Below, one piece after another: positions 38,042 to 47,275 of a stretch of 58,482 nt of DNA; within the stretch, counting starts at the first letter, position 1, and each line of letters begins with the position of its first letter. The translations under genes and the position numbers were made by a program. Origin of the DNA: Candidatus Hermodarchaeota archaeon (GTDB lineage: Archaea > Asgardarchaeota > Hermodarchaeia > Hermodarchaeales > Hermodarchaeaceae); the NCBI GenBank assembly GCA_016840065.1, contig JAEOTB010000018.1:1-58482 (forward strand). Reading direction: 5' to 3'. A model generated the notes under the pieces. That model did no database searches, was not told the origin of the DNA, and was given only the letters and a program-made list of their open reading frames with translations.

Positions 38042-38958
38042 CAGACATGCCAACCACAGATACTAAACAAATCCGCAAAGTGGGAGTTGCCTCAGCAGAA
38101 CCTGAAGGATGGGAAACTAGCCGGTTGGTTTCTGATATCCGAGGTAGAGGAGTGGAATGTATTGTTTTCAATGTCTCTGAGAGTGTTGTCCGTGTTGGCG
38201 ATGCCAAACCTTCTGCTCAGTATAAGAAACACGACCTTACTACGCTAGATGGGATCCTTACACGCGCGGTCCCAGGAGGCTCTCTAGAGCAGGTCATTCT
38301 TCGAATGGATCTACTCCATTGTTTAGAGCGCCTGGGAATTCCCTTCATGAACCGACCAAGCGCTATAGAGAAGGCCGTGGACAAGTACTATACTCTAAGG
38401 CTGCTGGACATGGCTGGAATCCCAGTCCCTCGTACTGTTGTAACACAATATGCAAGAGACGCGCTTCGCGCCTTCCGCCGGTTCAAGGATGTGGTCGTAA
38501 AGCCCCTCTTTGGTTCAGGTGGAGTAGGTATGACCCGTTTGGATGACCACGAAATTGCCCGCCGTGTATTCCGTGCATTAGAAGCAAGTAATTATGTGAT
38601 GTATGTCCAAGAATACTTAGAACATGGGCATCGGGATATCCGAGTATTTGTTGTTGGCGGTGAGGCTATAGCCGCAATGTATAGGGTTGGCTCAGACTGG
38701 AAAACTACAATCAGACATGGGGCTCAACCTGAACCTTGTCGCCTTACCTCCGAGCTTGAGAACCTCGCAATTCGGTGTGCGGATGTCATTGGTCTCGAGT
38801 ACACTGGTGTCGACATCCTCCAGACGCGGCGTGGGCTCGTTGTTACTGAGGTAAATAGTAGTAGTGGGTGGCAAGGACTTCAACAGGTTACAGATTTTAA
38901 TATCGCCTCCCGCATCGTTGATAGGTTTTTCCAGGTAATACATGAGTCTCAACGATAG
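38038..38958 (+). CDS. RimK-family ATP-grasp glutamate ligase (MptN/CofF-like)
   Basis: PGGSLEQV, VDKYYT, KPLFGSGG, DIRVFVVG, GVDI, EVNS. Confidence 0.88.
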   Translation: MTDMPTTDTKQIRKVGVASAEPEGWETSRLVSDIRGRGVECIVFNVSESVVRVGDAKPSAQYKKHDLTTLDGILTRAVPGGSLEQVILRMDLLHCLERLGIPFMNRPSAIEKAVDKYYTLRLLDMAGIPVPRTVVTQYARDALRAFRRFKDVVVKPLFGSGGVGMTRLDDHEIARRVFRALEASNYVMYVQEYLEHGHRDIRVFVVGGEAIAAMYRVGSDWKTTIRHGAQPEPCRLTSELENLAIRCADVIGLEYTGVDILQTRRGLVVTEVNSSSGWQGLQQVTDFNIASRIVDRFFQVIHESQR

Positions 38959-39015
38959 AGAACATAGATTTACAATTTCCTGAAAGACCTGAGAGAAAAA
39001 ACTCGGTTCTGAGAA

Positions 39016-40419
39016 TTAAGAATTAAAGTCGTTTTCTTGAAGCATCCAGCGTTGACGGCTGGCATCCCATCGCTCAGCCGCATGGGGCATCATAGTAGTA
39101 CCTCGGGTTAATGTTAGTCGAAGAATATTAACTTCTGCTTCTAACTCACTACTAATTGCGCGAATCAACTGTCGGAGGAGTGCAGCACTGCGTGCAGGCA
39201 TTTGCAGGCCAAGGCTTGCTCCGTATTCTGATGGACTGATAAGAGTATTTGGAAGCATGGCTGGTAGTCGTCTAACAATATCTCGAACTTCTGGTGGGCA
39301 TTTAACATCCAATAACACGTTTTCTTGGAAATCTGGTATTCGATAGTAGGGCGTAGAAAAAAACACACCCTCCTTTCTGAGTCGCCTTTCGCGTGCCCAA
39401 ACGGTCTTTTTCGCCAGCGAAACACCAAACTGATTCAGCAGCTTGTGCCTGAGGTCCGCATCTCGGGGATATGGCAAGGAGAAAGCTGTTTGTGCAATAA
39501 TAAAATCTGCCCTGTCAAACCGAATAGCATTCCCATATTCAATACCTCGTGGTGAGGGTATTGCTCTGATGTTTTCCCTTGTGAAGCGAAGCAATGCTTC
39601 TGCAAGGATTTCTGTCTCAAACATCCACCGCCTTGTGGAAAAGTCGTATCCTTCAAATGAAATCGCTTGAAATATCCCATTCCGCTGAATGACAAAACAC
39701 TCCTCAAAGAACTCATCCTTAAGCGCCTTTATGTGCTGATCGAACATTCGGCGTCCTTTAGGTTGGTCTGGGACAAGATAGGACATGATTCCCCTTTTAT
39801 AATCTGAATCAAAGTTAATCAGGCGAAGAAACAAAGGCCTTTTCTGGAGAATCTCTTCATCAAAACGCTTCGAATCACCAATTGATTTAGTGCGAAACAA
39901 AACTGCCTGCTGGACGAGTTTGAATTTCTGGGGATCACTATGATTAACAATAGTGAAAGAGCAGTTGTTTCTGAGGTCGTGAATCGCATTTCTGATATGC
40001 CATATTGTTGTTGACAACCGATTTGCCAGTTGGTACAATCGTTGTTGAGGATTTCTATACAATTCCATCAATATTCGCATATGCAGAGGCTTCAGAATTA
40101 GTGTCGTACTAACCAAGGGTGTAGACACTATTGTGTCAATAATTTCTCGAGCATCACCCAATCTGTAACGGTCAATCATTAGAAGAGTTGTGTGCAAGAT
40201 ATTTGCAGCTTCTTCTCCTTCTCGTCGATGATAGTGGGCAAAATCTGGGTGTGCTGGGTACACTTGCTCATGCTCAGTTATTTCCATCCCTCTTGCCCTT
40301 TTAATAAAAAGCACCACATTCGTGAGGAATTGTTCCAAATTCTTTGTGTCTTCAGGGATTACTCTTGAGACTATCCTCTGAAGCAGCTGAGCGAGTGGTA
40401 TTTCTGCTTGAACCCCCAT
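39016..40419 (-). CDS. Large winged-helix (tandem Lrp/AsnC-like) transcriptional regulator, paralog B
   Basis: LYQLANRLSTT..IRNAIHDL; shares FD..Y.RG, PDQ, LKD.FF, P.PRG, FD..DF and a C-terminal W....W with paralog A. Confidence 0.7.
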   Translation of the reverse strand: MGVQAEIPLAQLLQRIVSRVIPEDTKNLEQFLTNVVLFIKRARGMEITEHEQVYPAHPDFAHYHRREGEEAANILHTTLLMIDRYRLGDAREIIDTIVSTPLVSTTLILKPLHMRILMELYRNPQQRLYQLANRLSTTIWHIRNAIHDLRNNCSFTIVNHSDPQKFKLVQQAVLFRTKSIGDSKRFDEEILQKRPLFLRLINFDSDYKRGIMSYLVPDQPKGRRMFDQHIKALKDEFFEECFVIQRNGIFQAISFEGYDFSTRRWMFETEILAEALLRFTRENIRAIPSPRGIEYGNAIRFDRADFIIAQTAFSLPYPRDADLRHKLLNQFGVSLAKKTVWARERRLRKEGVFFSTPYYRIPDFQENVLLDVKCPPEVRDIVRRLPAMLPNTLISPSEYGASLGLQMPARSAALLRQLIRAISSELEAEVNILRLTLTRGTTMMPHAAERWDASRQRWMLQENDFNS

Positions 40420-40829
40420 GGCTAATACAACTGTATTTCACAATTTAAGGGTGCGGCTAAGTCGAGAATTTCATTGGAAAATGAAGGATTTCAGTAACCA
40501 AGTTCGATTACTTCCTAACTAAAACGGTTTTTATGTCAATAAGAAGTTAATAAACAGTGTATACGCCTCTATTTAACGTATTAACCTCAGAAAAGTGCTT
40601 TTAATGACTCTGTTTTCATTTTTAAGTTCTCATAACCTTCTATTATATCTCTTATAAGCAGAAGGGAGCCAAGTAGTATTAAGGAAGGAGGGGAGTCCCC
40701 CTCGAAAAAAGAGGGGATGTGCTATGCGGAAATCTGACTAAACCCTACTGATTACAGCATTATCTTTAAGACCACTTAGGTTTTCAGACGCTATTCGCTG
40801 ATTACTGGAAGTATCATGAGGTATCAGTT

Positions 40830-41468
40830 GTGATTAAAGCGAGTATCGCAATTCTTGCAGGCGGGCAGAGTAACCGGTTCCAGAGACCCAAGGCATTCGC
40901 TGAAGTGGCGGGCAAACCTCTGATACTCCATACCTTTGAAGCCTGCAAAGCTCATACTGACGATGTTATCATAGTTGTCCACACCGAAGAAGATCGCGCA
41001 CAATTCGAAGAGTTCTTTGAAAAGGATCAGGTTGTTGTCGATGTCGTACAAGAACCGATATGCCCCCTTGTTGGTGCGCTCACAGCCTTCAAGCACGCTA
41101 GCAATCCCTATACTCAGCTACTCCCCTGCGACTCACCTCTCATCCATCCAATCTTCTTCGAAATCCTATGGGGCATGGTTGAGAGCTACCAAGCTGCTGT
41201 TCCCCGATGGCCAAACGGGTGGATTGAACCCCTCCACTCAGTTTATCACACAGAGACTGCAACACAAATCGCAGAACAATGCTTGTCAAAGAATGAAATC
41301 CGTATGCGCTTACTTATTGCCGCTCTTAACCGGGTCATCTACCTCTCAACCAACGCACTACAACGCTTCGACCCAAAACTCCGAACATTCCTAAATGTCA
41401 ACACACCAGCGGACCTACAAAAACTCCAAAAAATACTAGATCGAAAAAGGCGTACCGATTCCATGTAA
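40830..41468 (+). CDS. mobA: Molybdenum cofactor guanylyltransferase
   Basis: ILAGGQSNRF, KAF, PCDSP, EPLHSVY, NVNTPADL. Confidence 0.92.
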   Translation: MIKASIAILAGGQSNRFQRPKAFAEVAGKPLILHTFEACKAHTDDVIIVVHTEEDRAQFEEFFEKDQVVVDVVQEPICPLVGALTAFKHASNPYTQLLPCDSPLIHPIFFEILWGMVESYQAAVPRWPNGWIEPLHSVYHTETATQIAEQCLSKNEIRMRLLIAALNRVIYLSTNALQRFDPKLRTFLNVNTPADLQKLQKILDRKRRTDSM

Positions 41469-41541
41469 GGGAATCTCTAGTTTTTGAAGGCATTCTAACC
41501 TGCGCAAAGCTCAAAAGCGTAAACATAACAAGCTATCTATA

Positions 41542-42453
41542 ATGTTCTCGCCACGAACCAAAGTCCTCCTATTTACATCGATGACTTTTCTAGTTCTTCT
41601 AGGGCTAGCGTTTCCGGTCCGTGCCGTACCGATGCACCCTGGCTACATGTGCGCTGATTTCGGTCACGCGCTGTGGGGCTATGAAGAAGAATATCTAGAA
41701 GAATACTGCCGAAACATCGACATAGAAACCACTGTGGAACTCTATATCGTAACTACCAATGACCTAGAAGGGCTCGATCTCGAACGCTACGCATACGAAC
41801 TCTTCAATGCATGGGGAATCGGCAAAGCTGATGTTAACAATGGCCTCCTAATGCTACTGTATATCACTTGGTACAACGAAATCGACTTTGATTACGAGTT
41901 CAGAATCGAAGTAGGCCAAGGAATGGAAGGAGCCATCACTGACTCCGAAGCGGGAGACATAACAAACATAACAGTGACCCACTTCAATATGGGGGAATCC
42001 CATATCTATGATGGATTCGAAGCTGGTCTCATTGCCCTCTATGACCAATTCAAGGATGATCCAACTGTCCGCTCACAGCTTCCCCCACCACATCCTTTCA
42101 CTCTCTGGGTTCTCAATAACGGACAGCTCCTCGGGTTCATTCTAGGCATAATTCTTGCAATTGATTTCCGAATGATGTTCTATATGCTCTTCAGCAAAAA
42201 CCCTGGAACTTTCTGCATACCCCTATTCATCGCTATCGGTGTTCTGGCACTTGCATGGTTCATAGACCCTACTCTGACAGTCTTCTTTACGACACTTCTC
42301 GTTGGCTTTGGAGGAACAGCCGCGTTCAGCGGCGCTACAAGGGTAATCGGTGGCGGGGGCGGAACAGCTGGCGGCGGCTTCAGCTACAGACTAAGCCGAC
42401 CAAATAAAGGTGAAATAAAATGGGCAGCACAAGTACTGCGATTATCTGCGTAG
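41542..42453 (+). CDS. TPM-domain membrane protein
   Basis: Signal peptide, LFNAWGIGKA..NNGLL, RIEVGxGxEG.ITD, Gly-rich tail. Confidence 0.88.
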   Translation: MFSPRTKVLLFTSMTFLVLLGLAFPVRAVPMHPGYMCADFGHALWGYEEEYLEEYCRNIDIETTVELYIVTTNDLEGLDLERYAYELFNAWGIGKADVNNGLLMLLYITWYNEIDFDYEFRIEVGQGMEGAITDSEAGDITNITVTHFNMGESHIYDGFEAGLIALYDQFKDDPTVRSQLPPPHPFTLWVLNNGQLLGFILGIILAIDFRMMFYMLFSKNPGTFCIPLFIAIGVLALAWFIDPTLTVFFTTLLVGFGGTAAFSGATRVIGGGGGTAGGGFSYRLSRPNKGEIKWAAQVLRLSA

Positions 42454-42968
42454 GACTCGTAGCTCTTATCGGAATCGGTGGTGTTGCAGGATTCTACTTC
42501 ATAACCTACAACTCGCTGGTAACTTCGAGATGGGATGTTGATTTTAAATATCAAAACATAATCACGCAGTATCAGCGCAAGTATGATCTCATTCCGCAAC
42601 TAACCGACTTGGTAATAAGCTACACTGATCAAATGACGGAATGGATAACTAACCTTACCGCGATGCAAACTGAATGGCTGGAAATATTAGTGAGTGGCGG
42701 TGTTGGAGACCAAGCAAACGCTTCAGACGAACTAGACAATTACTTCACACTCTTCATCGCAGAAGCTGAAACTTACCCAAACATCAACTTTGATACGCTC
42801 TGGGTCAACTTGATGACAGAGATTACTGGTACCGAAAACCGCATCACTAATGCGAAACTTGATTACAACGCAGCAATCAATGCATTCAATATCAGGGTCT
42901 CAACTATTCCAGGTTCCTTCATCGCTCCATCACTCGGACTATTTCCTGGCATGTTTACACCTTGGTAG
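42420..42968 (+). CDS. lemA: LemA family protein
   Basis: N-terminal TM, YNSLV, QRKYDLIPQL, E.YP, TENRI, YN...FN, P.SFIA. Confidence 0.88.
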   Translation: MGSTSTAIICVGLVALIGIGGVAGFYFITYNSLVTSRWDVDFKYQNIITQYQRKYDLIPQLTDLVISYTDQMTEWITNLTAMQTEWLEILVSGGVGDQANASDELDNYFTLFIAEAETYPNINFDTLWVNLMTEITGTENRITNAKLDYNAAINAFNIRVSTIPGSFIAPSLGLFPGMFTPW

Positions 42969-43141
42969 ATGCTCCAGCTCCCTAGAGACACGACCTAGCC
43001 GTGGCAGGATTCGTTTCCTGCCACAACTCGTTTCTTTCTTGGTCTTACTCAATTGACATTAGGTTCAATGGAAGGGGTTTGTCTTTTGCTGGGGAGTTCG
43101 CTACTATTCAGAAGGATCCAGTGAAAGTGAAGAGGTTCCCT

Positions 43142-43498
43142 TTAACGGAATCTCCAGCCAGAGAAGAAGATGATGTAGGCAATTACTTCCTCGAAATACC
43201 TTCTAATTGGTTCGTCAGTGTAGCCAATTGTGGACCGTCTGCTGTCCATTATCCTCTCATCGTCTAGATGGATTTGAGTGGAACCCGTAGAGGACCTAAT
43301 TCGGCTGGAATCGATGCGAGCAATTGTAGATCGTCTGTCGTCTAGTGCTCTGTCACGTTCAATGTAGCCAATGGTACTACGCCTACTATCCATCACTCTT
43401 CCTCTATCCACGTAGCCTAATGTACTTCCAGTGCTACTCTGAATTCTACCGTGAGAGATTCTCGCTACAGTTGATCGACGACTATCCATAACTCTCAT
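43142..43498 (-). CDS. Small beta-hairpin repeat protein
   Basis: Six 16-aa repeats, R[VI]xDSRRST[IV]G / RIxSSTGST. Confidence 0.75.
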   Translation of the reverse strand: MRVMDSRRSTVARISHGRIQSSTGSTLGYVDRGRVMDSRRSTIGYIERDRALDDRRSTIARIDSSRIRSSTGSTQIHLDDERIMDSRRSTIGYTDEPIRRYFEEVIAYIIFFSGWRFR

Positions 43499-43623
43499 GA
43501 GATATCCCAACAACCTGCCGATGCTGATAATCTTATTTATTTTCTCCGTTTTCTAGAAGCCGCAAAGATTCTTAAGAATGAAAACTCAACTGAACTAGCT
43601 ATCGGATTCTGTGAGGATAATCC

Positions 43624-44247
43624 ATGGCTGTCAAAGTGTTAGGTATCTGCGGCTCACCAAAGCAGACCAAATCGAGTTCTGAATTCCTGCTAACCAAAGC
43701 ATTGGAAGCAGCGGATAAGGTAGAAGGTGTGGAAACCGAGTTGCTTCGCCTTGCAGACCATACAATTCTCACATGCACTGGATGCGACAACTGTGTTCGC
43801 CAGAAGCCCTGTCCCGAAGATGCAAAGGACGATATTCCAAAGATTCTAGCGAAAATGCAAGCTGCTGACGCACTAATATTCTCCAGCCCCTCCTACTGGT
43901 GCACGGTCCCAGGCTTGCTTAAGAATCTGATGGATCGGTCTAGGACACTGAAAATGAAAGACCATGGTCTTCGCGACAAGGTAGTGGGAGTAATCACTGC
44001 GGCAGGTCTTCGTCATGGTGGCCAAGAAACCACTGCAAATACCATCATCAGTTATGCACTAGCTCAGGGTATGATTGTAGCTGGTGGTGTGGGCAACCCG
44101 GTCAAAGAATCTTGGGCGGGAATGACTGGACTCCAGAGTGAAGGATTCACTTGGCGCGGCACACCGAAAGACGAGATTGCCATCAGAAACAGCCAGCTAG
44201 TAGGAGAGCGCATCACTCGTCTAGCCGTTCAACTCAAACAGGAATAG
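43624..44247 (+). CDS. Flavodoxin-family / iron-sulfur flavoprotein
   Basis: GICGSP, CTGCDNC....C, SPSYW, GGQE. Confidence 0.9.
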   Translation: MAVKVLGICGSPKQTKSSSEFLLTKALEAADKVEGVETELLRLADHTILTCTGCDNCVRQKPCPEDAKDDIPKILAKMQAADALIFSSPSYWCTVPGLLKNLMDRSRTLKMKDHGLRDKVVGVITAAGLRHGGQETTANTIISYALAQGMIVAGGVGNPVKESWAGMTGLQSEGFTWRGTPKDEIAIRNSQLVGERITRLAVQLKQE

Positions 44248-44280
44248 AACCTTCTCGTCAATTGGCGAGGCTTCCACAAC

Positions 44281-44910
44281 CTACTCGTTACCTACTTTGT
44301 ATCCAGCCTCTTCCCAAGCCCTCCTCATCACTGGGTTTAACCTGAGAAAAGTATCCACTACTTCTTTAGGAACGCGGTTAAGGGGACATGAAAAATTCAC
44401 ACAACGAATACAACTCTTCAATCGTAGACCAGCAAAGAAGACTAAGATACCCAAAGAGGATAACAAAAAGAAGGAATATTGACCTCCAACGGCCATAAAG
44501 GGAAGAGGATACGTTACGAAGATGATAATGCCAAGCATGAACTGGAGCTTTTCCCATCGACTCATCGGACCCGGATTGAACTTCCATATCTTTAGGAGCC
44601 CGTAGTTAGCGTGGCAACGAAGGCTTCGACCTTCTTCAGCATAGTAGGGGCAATGACTACAAAGAATACGATTCTCCCAAATCTGCAAGAAGAACACAAT
44701 ATACAGGGCCCAGCCTATCAAGAACCAGCCAAACCCTGCTAGGATAACTCCCATGAATGCGGGGGTGGCGCAGAAAAGGAATAATACAGCGAATCGGATT
44801 AGGGATCGTCGTTGGAACTGGCACTCGACGCTGTCCTTGATGGAGCAATCACTACATCCTGCAGGGCTGCGTCGTAGACAAATGTCCTGATCTGCTTCAT
44901 GTTCGGGCAT
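44281..44910 (-). CDS. Cys-rich four-TM membrane protein
   Basis: CSDC, LCSHCPYY..C, CIRCVNFSCPLNRVP. Confidence 0.7.
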   Translation of the reverse strand: MPEHEADQDICLRRSPAGCSDCSIKDSVECQFQRRSLIRFAVLFLFCATPAFMGVILAGFGWFLIGWALYIVFFLQIWENRILCSHCPYYAEEGRSLRCHANYGLLKIWKFNPGPMSRWEKLQFMLGIIIFVTYPLPFMAVGGQYSFFLLSSLGILVFFAGLRLKSCIRCVNFSCPLNRVPKEVVDTFLRLNPVMRRAWEEAGYKVGNE

Positions 44911-44921
44911 CTTGTTTCACC

Positions 44922-45770
44922 TCAACTCTCTTTAGGTGAATCTTCGGTCACTCCTGTCAACCATCGACTGGGAAGCCGCCACATTATCAGGAGGAGTAGG
45001 AGAAAGGCAATAGTTCCTACAAGACCTGCTTCAGGTCCTGTTGTTCCACCAGTAATTATATCCCATCCAAAATTCTGGACATTGTAAAGTCCCTGACTAA
45101 TAGCGCCAAAACCAACTATATGATACTGGATGAAGTTCCATCCAAAGTGAATACCAATGGGGAGCCAGAGGGTTTTAGTCTTAACAAAGGACCAGCCTAA
45201 TAACACTCCACCAAGACAAAGGTTCAGCACCATAATCGCAGAAAGTTGTACTGAGAGGGATTGTGTCACAATACTGGGCAAATGTTGAAAGGCAAACATA
45301 ATCGCTGAACATATTACAGCAAGGAATATCGATAAGCTAGTGTTTAGGTTCTGTTGGATATAACCTCGCCCTACAAGTTCCTCAACAAACGCTACAAGGC
45401 ACTGCCAAACCACATAGACAGCCAGCATTCCTCCCACCAGCATTCCCTGCTCTACCGAATAAATCGCTGCTAGACCCACCCACCCTAAAGCAATCTCCAA
45501 AGCTACAATTATTGCAATCATCCCGCTGCCAAGAACAAGTCCTGTCAAGAGTCCAAGCCACCATCTTTTTGAGAGGCGAAGACCGAGATTTTCTGGTAGT
45601 TGCCTATCGACAAAAAGCCATAACAGAAGGCACAACAATAATGTTAGAAAGTAGTAGAGGGTTCCAATCAATTCATTGAAAATTGAAGCAACGAGTAGTA
45701 TTAGGGAAATCATGAACATAAGAACTGCTGTCAGCCAGCGTGGAAGCATAGGCTCGCCAAAGCTTGTCAT
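44922..45770 (-). CDS. CPBP (CAAX/Abi) intramembrane metalloprotease
   Basis: EELVGRG, FAFQH, HFGWN, GPEAG. Confidence 0.9.
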   Translation of the reverse strand: MTSFGEPMLPRWLTAVLMFMISLILLVASIFNELIGTLYYFLTLLLCLLLWLFVDRQLPENLGLRLSKRWWLGLLTGLVLGSGMIAIIVALEIALGWVGLAAIYSVEQGMLVGGMLAVYVVWQCLVAFVEELVGRGYIQQNLNTSLSIFLAVICSAIMFAFQHLPSIVTQSLSVQLSAIMVLNLCLGGVLLGWSFVKTKTLWLPIGIHFGWNFIQYHIVGFGAISQGLYNVQNFGWDIITGGTTGPEAGLVGTIAFLLLLLIMWRLPSRWLTGVTEDSPKES

Positions 45771-45872
45771 GTTCGGCTCATTGTATCGTCTAACCCCAAA
45801 AGATTTTAGGAGACGATAATGTCTCCGCGTTTCAGCCCCTCAGTATCGTCCGGTTAATGGGGAAACAACTAG

Positions 45873-46118
45873 ATGCGTAAAGTAATAATCACCGCTGATA
45901 GGTCCCTATGTAAAGGCTGCGGAATCTGTATTCTTCTCTGCCCTGCTAAGATTCTTGAAGCCGGAAAACTAACTATCTGGGGTGGGCGCAGCCCGCGTCT
46001 CTGTCAAGGAGGCGAGACCAAATGTATGCTAGTTCGAGGGGAGAAAGGCGTGGCGTGCCGTCGTTGTGAAAAACGGTGTCCAGACGCTGCAATCAATGTT
46101 GAGGTGGTGGAAGGTTGA
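45873..46118 (+). CDS. 2-oxoacid:ferredoxin oxidoreductase delta subunit (ferredoxin)
   Basis: CKGCGICILLCP and C...CRRCEKRCPD. Confidence 0.88.
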   Translation: MRKVIITADRSLCKGCGICILLCPAKILEAGKLTIWGGRSPRLCQGGETKCMLVRGEKGVACRRCEKRCPDAAINVEVVEG

Positions 46119-47275
46119 AACCAGGGTTGTACTTCATCGATGGCGGTAGAGCATGTGCTGAGGGGGCGCTCTACGCGGGGTGCCGCTTCTTCGCTGGATA
46201 CCCAATCACACCAGCGACCAGCATCGTAGAGAGGATGGCAAAACGTCTACCTCAAGTACGTGGCCACTACGTGCAGATGGAGGATGAAATCGCCTCTATG
46301 GCGGCAATCATTGGCGCCTCCTGGGCTGGTGGAAAAGCTATGACCGCTACATCTGGACCCGGTTTCAGTTTGATGCAAGAAAACCTCGGTTACGCCTACC
46401 TTACCGAAACTCCACTCGTCCTAGTGGACACTCAACGCTCAGGACCTAGTACCGGTCAAGCCACGATGCCAAGTCAACAAGATGTGATGCAAGCACGCTA
46501 TGGTACCCACGGCGATATTGCTCCGATCGCTTTTGTACCTTGGTCAGTTCAAGAGATGTTTGACTTCACGGTCAATGCCTTTAACTATTCTGAACAGTTC
46601 CGCACACCAGTCCTCCTTATGGCAGACGGCGCAGTTAGCTATATGCGCGAACCACTCCAGATACCAAAACAAGAAGAACTGCCTTTAGTTAATCGGCGTC
46701 GCCTGACCTCAAAGCATCCTAGGTCAGACGAGATTTTTCTCCGTTACGAGATGCCCCAGTTCGGTGACAATCAGGATATTCTGGTCACTGGATCCGCTCA
46801 CCGTCCCACAGGAGTGAGAGATTATTCTCCCAGATATCACCGTGCCACTATTCACTGGCTCTTTAAAAAGCAAAAGGAAGCTGGCAAGGCACTCCAACAA
46901 GAAGGGTTAGATCTTGAAGCACGCAACCTTAATGGTGCAGACACAGTGATTGTCAGCTTCGGTGCAGCGGCACGACCTTCTTATCAAGCCGTGCTTGCAG
47001 CACAGAAAGAAGGTGAAGCCATCGGCTTCGTCCGCCTCAAGACGCTTTGGCCCTTCCCAGAAGAACAACTAACTCACCTTTTCAAAGATGTGAAGCGAAT
47101 TTTCGTAGTCGAAATGAACATGGGTATGGTGATACGGGAAATCCAACGAGTAGGGTGCCAAGCTCAGGTGATAGGTATACCCAAGGTTGGCGGTGAAATC
47201 CACCGCTCTAGCGAAATACTCCAACAAATCAGAGGAGAGCTACCAATTGAGCCAACAGACAAAACCTCTAGGTAA
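46115..47275 (+). CDS. 2-oxoacid:acceptor oxidoreductase alpha subunit
   Basis: GYPITP, QMEDE, TATSGPG, QRSGPSTG. Confidence 0.93.
   Translation: MKPGLYFIDGGRACAEGALYAGCRFFAGYPITPATSIVERMAKRLPQVRGHYVQMEDEIASMAAIIGASWAGGKAMTATSGPGFSLMQENLGYAYLTETPLVLVDTQRSGPSTGQATMPSQQDVMQARYGTHGDIAPIAFVPWSVQEMFDFTVNAFNYSEQFRTPVLLMADGAVSYMREPLQIPKQEELPLVNRRRLTSKHPRSDEIFLRYEMPQFGDNQDILVTGSAHRPTGVRDYSPRYHRATIHWLFKKQKEAGKALQQEGLDLEARNLNGADTVIVSFGAAARPSYQAVLAAQKEGEAIGFVRLKTLWPFPEEQLTHLFKDVKRIFVVEMNMGMVIREIQRVGCQAQVIGIPKVGGEIHRSSEILQQIRGELPIEPTDKTSR

Noticed and set aside
43142-43498. 48-nt periodic repeats as a CRISPR array
   Set aside because: Repeats are degenerate at synonymous positions and conserved at protein level
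44922-45770. CPBP protease as the processing enzyme for the putative peptide
   Set aside because: Lies 9.5 kb away with unrelated genes between; no evidence of linkage
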